64,000 nucleotides of DNA from Eledone cirrhosa. Taxonomy: Eukaryota. This document shows, one piece after another, positions 59,345-64,000 of this stretch. Position numbers and translations under genes: made by a program. The stretch is from assembly GCA_964016885.1 (NCBI GenBank), contig OZ024746.1:44206001-44270000 (forward strand), given 5' to 3'. Each line of letters begins with the position of its first letter. Position 1 is the stretch's first letter. The notes beneath the pieces are model-generated. The model was not told where the DNA came from, did not search any database, and was given only the letters and a program-made list of their open reading frames with translations.

Positions 59345-59650
59345 TAAAGGGCCATAGAGTTATAGCCATTTACGATCTGAGTTCAAATCCTGCCAAGGTT
59401 AATTTTGCCTTTCATCCTTACGGGGTCAATAAAATAAAGCACCAGTAATGCACTGGGATAATTGCTGACCTTGTGTCAAAAATAGAAACAATTACCATCA
59501 TCATCATCATTATTATTTCGAACGCCATGCTTTGACGCATTGAGTTACAGCCCTTGCCATTCTGAGTTCAAATCCCGCCGAGGTTAACTTTGCCTTTCAT
59601 CCTAATACACTGGGTAATTTCTGGCCTTGTGCCAAAAGTAGAAACAATTA
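59345..59650 (+). mobile_element. Two family B SINE copies in tandem
   Basis: CTGAGTTCAAATCC.GCC.AGGTTAA.TTTGCCTTTCATCCT at about 59377 and 59562. Confidence 0.85.
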
Positions 59651-59659
59651 TTATTATTT

Positions 59660-60045
59660 TGTGTATTATCACTGCATTACCAAGCACAGCTCTGTTTGCC
59701 TTTGGTATGTGCAGTGTGGTTTTTGGTGGTGTTTGTTCTATTGTAATGAGAGTACTCTTTGTAATATGTGTGCTGTGCCTAGTAGTGCTATTTTTTGTAT
59801 GTTATATATATTTGTGAGTCCTGGAGTTTTGGTTATGTGGAAGAATGGACGTAAAACAGTGATGATATCTGTCTGCATGTTTTTATCATTCCCAGAGCAG
59901 CTATAATTATAGGTATTGTTTCTATCTTCAACATCCACATTCAGATTATTCGTATCTCTAGATATTTATATGTGGATAGTTTCTCCATTTCCTTGGTAGA
60001 AATGTTGTCGTCATTTGGGATTGCTACATCAATCAGAAGACATTT
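59660..60045 (-). mobile_element. 3' end of a Dong/R4-type non-LTR retrotransposon (restriction-like endonuclease) in (TAA)n
   Basis: Minus frames: CLLIDVAIPNDDNISTKEMEKL, TIPIIIAALG, IQKIALLGTAHILQRVLS. (TTA)n on both sides. Confidence 0.8.
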
Positions 60046-60976
60046 ATTATTATTATTATTAGTAGTAGTATTAGTAGTGGTGGTGGTGGTGGTGGTAATA
60101 GTATGTCTTCACATCATACACAATTTGACATTGCTAAAATCTAAGGAGAACATCCTCTGTGGTGTGTAATCTGTTGACGTATTGAATAGGTAGAATGGTA
60201 AAGACAAGAGTAGACAGATAAGATGATTAAAAATAATTATTTCCTTTTATTCAATTATTTACAATTTAAACTATATATGAAGGAGAAACTTTTAGTCTTA
60301 AACATATAGATATTTGACGATTTTAAGATAAAATAACTAATGTTTTGTTTTCAGTAGAAGCCGTAGTGGTGAAAAGTATGAAGTATAACCACCAGCTATT
60401 CCTCCATTTATAGAAAAACGTAAAAGATTATCCTTATGTATTTCTGACATAATTGTGTTCTCATCAGTGAACAATTGCTCCTATGTTTATGGCTATGAAG
60501 GAATACTGCTGTAAAAATGCTACATATGTCATTCAGGATATAAAAAATTGGCTGATATTAATTAGTCTAATTTTCATGTTGTTTATATGTTTGATGACAT
60601 AAATAAAAAATAAACAGTGCAAATTTGAAGAGTGTAATTTTGTAGAGTTTAGCTCACTAGCATCTCTCCTTAAAATCTGCAAATGAAAGCTGCTATGTAA
60701 TTTTGATACATTAAATCTCTGTAACAGATATAGACTATTGGTCAAAATTTTCATAATTCATGTCATCAAAGCTACCATTATGACTGTAAAAGGGGCAAAG
60801 ATGTTTAATATTCTACACATTTTCATCATTCCTACAGATGTGCCATTTAAGTTGAAGTGCCTTCAGCCAAACCAAACTACAAAATCTGTTGTCTAGCCCA
60901 GAGTTCTTGATAACTAAAATGCATTTCTGTTAGAATTAATTCTATTTTGTGTGTAGCATATCAAATTAGATGTATA

Positions 60977-61020
60977 AGAAAATATAGAAAATATAGAAAA
61001 TATAGAAAATATAGAAAATA
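60977..61020. repeat. 9-bp tandem repeat (AGAAAATAT), about 5 copies
   Basis: Direct inspection. Confidence 0.95.
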
Positions 61021-61794
61021 AAAAATGAAGATAGAAATTTTCAAATCATAAATCAAAATTAACTATAAACACAAACTCAAAATCTTTACACATTATAGAA
61101 GCATAAAAACAATTCAAATTTAGAGATTTATCTGCATTAAAATATATTACAATATAGTATGAGATCTAAATAATGCTTAGGTGAAAATTCTGTAGTCATG
61201 GCTTTGTACTTGTATTAGACAGACATTAACATAATAGTAAAGTAATCTCAACAGAATAATTAGAGACCATCAGCATGGGGAGCATCCAGCAGATAGCTAA
61301 CTCCATACAACAGGGTGTGTATGTGTTTATGTGTGTGTGTGTGTGTGTGCATATGTATTGATTGTCTGCAGTATGGGGACTAGGAAGATCACAAATCAAG
61401 GTAGTATTCGATATACATGGTGCAAGTGGGTATATTAGTGAAGTAGAGGATTCACTGCGAGCTCACAAAGTGTCAGCTAGTTACCTTTTGAAGAGGTGAT
61501 TAGATGAAACTGCCTTAGCTCATGGTCTATCCTCTACTTCACTATCATCATCATCGTTTTAATGTCTACTTTCCCTGCTAGCAAGAATAGGATGAGTCTA
61601 CATAGACCAAGCCAATACTAAAGTAGGTCTTCCGATCTCCCAGACAAACCATGGATCTGTTGTCTCACTTATCTACAGTTTCACATTCTACTGAGTGCAC
61701 ATGAGAGGCTGTCATATCTAAGGGTCCTCCCAACACTTTGTTTTATAAGCTTTCTATGGCTGGATGCCATTCTTATCACCAAGCACTAATATAC

Positions 61795-62095
61795 ATCATC
61801 ATCATCATCATTTTGCATCTACCTTTCCCTGCTTACAGGTCCTATTCAGCACAGCATCTCTCCATTCGTCATGGTCCTTCGTCATCTCCTCCGTGGGCTT
61901 CAGCGATCTGAGGTCTGCTCTCACCACCTCCGCCCATGATTTTCGTGGTCTTCCTCTACTGTGTCTTCCTTCTACTGGGATTTCTTGGCACTTCTTTACC
62001 TAGTGGTCATCCTCCATGCACATCACATGTCCATACCAACACAGACTTCTCTCCCACACACTACAGCTTATCCCTCTTATACAGTTTCTCTCTCA
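61795..62095 (-). mobile_element. RTE-clade LINE extreme 3' end
   Basis: Minus strand: WYGHVMCME..RRGRPRKSWAEVVRADL..DHDEWR. (GAT)n tail. Confidence 0.85.
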
Positions 62096-62222
62096 ACTCG
62101 TCTATATATATATACATTATCATGATTTTTATTATTATATTATTTATTATGTTCATACATGGGAGAAAAGCACTACCTAAGGTTTCACATCCACTTTTTA
62201 CAACATATACACACACACACAC

Positions 62223-62819
62223 ACAAACAAACCGAACATTATAATAAATGTTCGGTAAACCCATACGTACATATATATATATGTGTGTGCATGTATGTAT
62301 ACATATATGTCTGTACGTATACATACATACTTACATTTAAGTATCAGTTGTACTAAGAGTGAGAAATGAAATTTCGTTTCATTCTTTTCCATTTATCGTT
62401 TTCGGTCCGCCCAGCCGACTAACTCACTTGATATGCAAATTAGGCTGCTCAGTCGTTAATATCCATAAGGAAAGTATATACTTTCAGACGTTCAATCATC
62501 TGGCAGGAAGGTATACGATGCTGACGATAGCTAATAAGCTTGAAACTAGTACATTGTTCCTGTGTCAGTGTTGAACAAAAAGGCGACGATGGTTGCCCGA
62601 ACACTGTACGTCGTAATTCGGGCTGTTTGTTTACAAACAAACCGAACATTATAATAAATGTTCGGTAAACCCATACGTACATATATATATGTGTGCATGT
62701 ATGTATATATATACATACTACTGTACATCTGTATACATATATGTATGTACGTATATACATACATACTTACATTTAAGTATCAGCCGTACTAAGAGTGAGA
62801 AATGAAATTTTGTTTAATT

Positions 62820-62823
<4 letters not shown>
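62223..62823 (+). mobile_element. Non-coding hammerhead element (410-bp period, about 1.4 monomers) ending in (TA)n; homologous in architecture to 26472-27251
   Basis: ACCGAACATTATAATAAATGTTCGGT at 62231 and 62641. The repeat runs to GAGTGAGAAATGAAATTT. Contains an octamer and a hammerhead. Confidence 0.85.
62515..62557 (+). ncRNA. Minimal type I hammerhead ribozyme
   Basis: ACGATG-CTGACGA-T AGCT AATA AGCT T-GAAA-C TA G-TA-CATTGT. U.U at the base of stem II. Confidence 0.85.
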
Positions 62824-62860
<37 letters not shown>

Positions 62861-63094
62861 TGAAGTAGAAGATTAACTGGAATACATATATACATATATG
62901 TATGCATTCCAGTATTTTTGTACTAGAATTTTTTTCTAAATGCTGACGCATATGTGCATATGTGCACATGCATACATTTATATGTATGAGTATATAAATG
63001 TAAGCATGCAAGCACAGACATGCTAAGAAAAATACACACTCACAGAGATACATTCACACAAATACATACATGTCTGATTTCTTACATCAAACAT

Positions 63095-63478
63095 AAAGAG
63101 AGAGGATTAGTATGAGGTAGTCATAACAACAATGGTAACAGCACCCTGTTTTTGTTGTAAAGAGAGAGGAGTAGTATGAGGAAGTCATAAAAAGAGTGGT
63201 AGCAGCATCCTGTTTTTATTGGAAAGAGAGAGGAGTAGTATGGGGTAGTCATAACAACAGTGGTAGCAGGACCCTGTTTTTGTTGTAAAGAGAGAGGAGT
63301 AGTATGAGGTAGTCATAACAACAGTGGTAGCAGAACCCCGTTTTTGTTGTAAAGAGAGAGGAGTAGCATGAGGTAGTCATAACAACAGTGGTAGCAGAAC
63401 CCTGTTTTTGTTGTAAAGAGAGAGGAGTAGTATGAGGTAGTCAGAACAACAGTGGTAGGAGAACCCTGTTTTTGTTGT
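63095..63478. repeat. 64-bp minisatellite, 6 copies (plus a partial copy at about 63540)
   Basis: AAAGAGAGAGGA starts at 63095, 63159, 63223, 63287, 63351 and 63415. Confidence 0.97.
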
Positions 63479-64000
63479 TTTTACTATCCCCTTCCATCCT
63501 TTTACACACACACATACATTCATGCAGGCTGCAGACGTAAATAGAGAGGAGCAGTATGAGGTAGTTGAATTACTCTTCTCTCTTTACTTGTGACAGAATT
63601 GCAGAAATTTATATATAGATTTCAGGAACTGCATTGTCTAATGTTATGTCTATGTTGGTGGTGGTGGTGGTGGCAAATGATTGTGTGGGTGTTGGTGACA
63701 GCATGTAATAACAATATTTCAAATATACATAATACTCACTGCTTTATACATGGGTTATGTGATTTGTGATTATGTTGTTATTGAGGTGGAGAGGGGGTTA
63801 CATTGACATGTTTATTTGAGCACTGTAATCTATTGTTCTCTCATGTTCAACATTATGAAGCTTTGTCAAAAGTATTAAATCAAATGGAATTATGGCAAAA
63901 AATATGAAGTTTACTTTTTACAAGAAAATACAGTTTATATAGAAATTCTATCAAGGTATGTATTAGATTAGAATCTTGAATGGATTCAAACTATTACTAT

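Noticed and set aside
63095-63478. CRISPR-like regular repeats
   Set aside because: No unique spacers, no cas genes, eukaryotic context. It is a plain tandem repeat.

Overview
AT-rich eukaryotic (animal) DNA with no confidently identifiable host gene. The repeat repertoire resembles coleoid cephalopod (octopus-like) genomes, which is an inference. The window is intergenic or intronic. It holds long (TA)n/(TATG)n microsatellite arrays, truncated RTE-clade LINEs, two kinds of tRNA-derived SINE, a decayed Gypsy pol, a Dong/R4-type 3' end, and Penelope-like elements (PLEs) with GIY-YIG endonuclease ORFs. Most ORFs in the supplied track are microsatellite or chance translations. The main hidden signal is a set of type I hammerhead ribozyme motifs: one with a fully canonical core, two near-canonical, and several variant or degenerate ones. 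Two of them lie in short (410 and 467 bp period) non-coding elements. These elements are about 1.4 monomers long, sit next to (TA)n, and are diverged in sequence. They still share an ATGCAAAT octamer block, a hairpin, the ribozyme and the same 3' end. They look like a retrozyme or circular-RNA family mobilised by PLEs. Fold-back palindromes are also unusually common. All structures and translations were read by eye, and coordinates of decayed elements are approximate.
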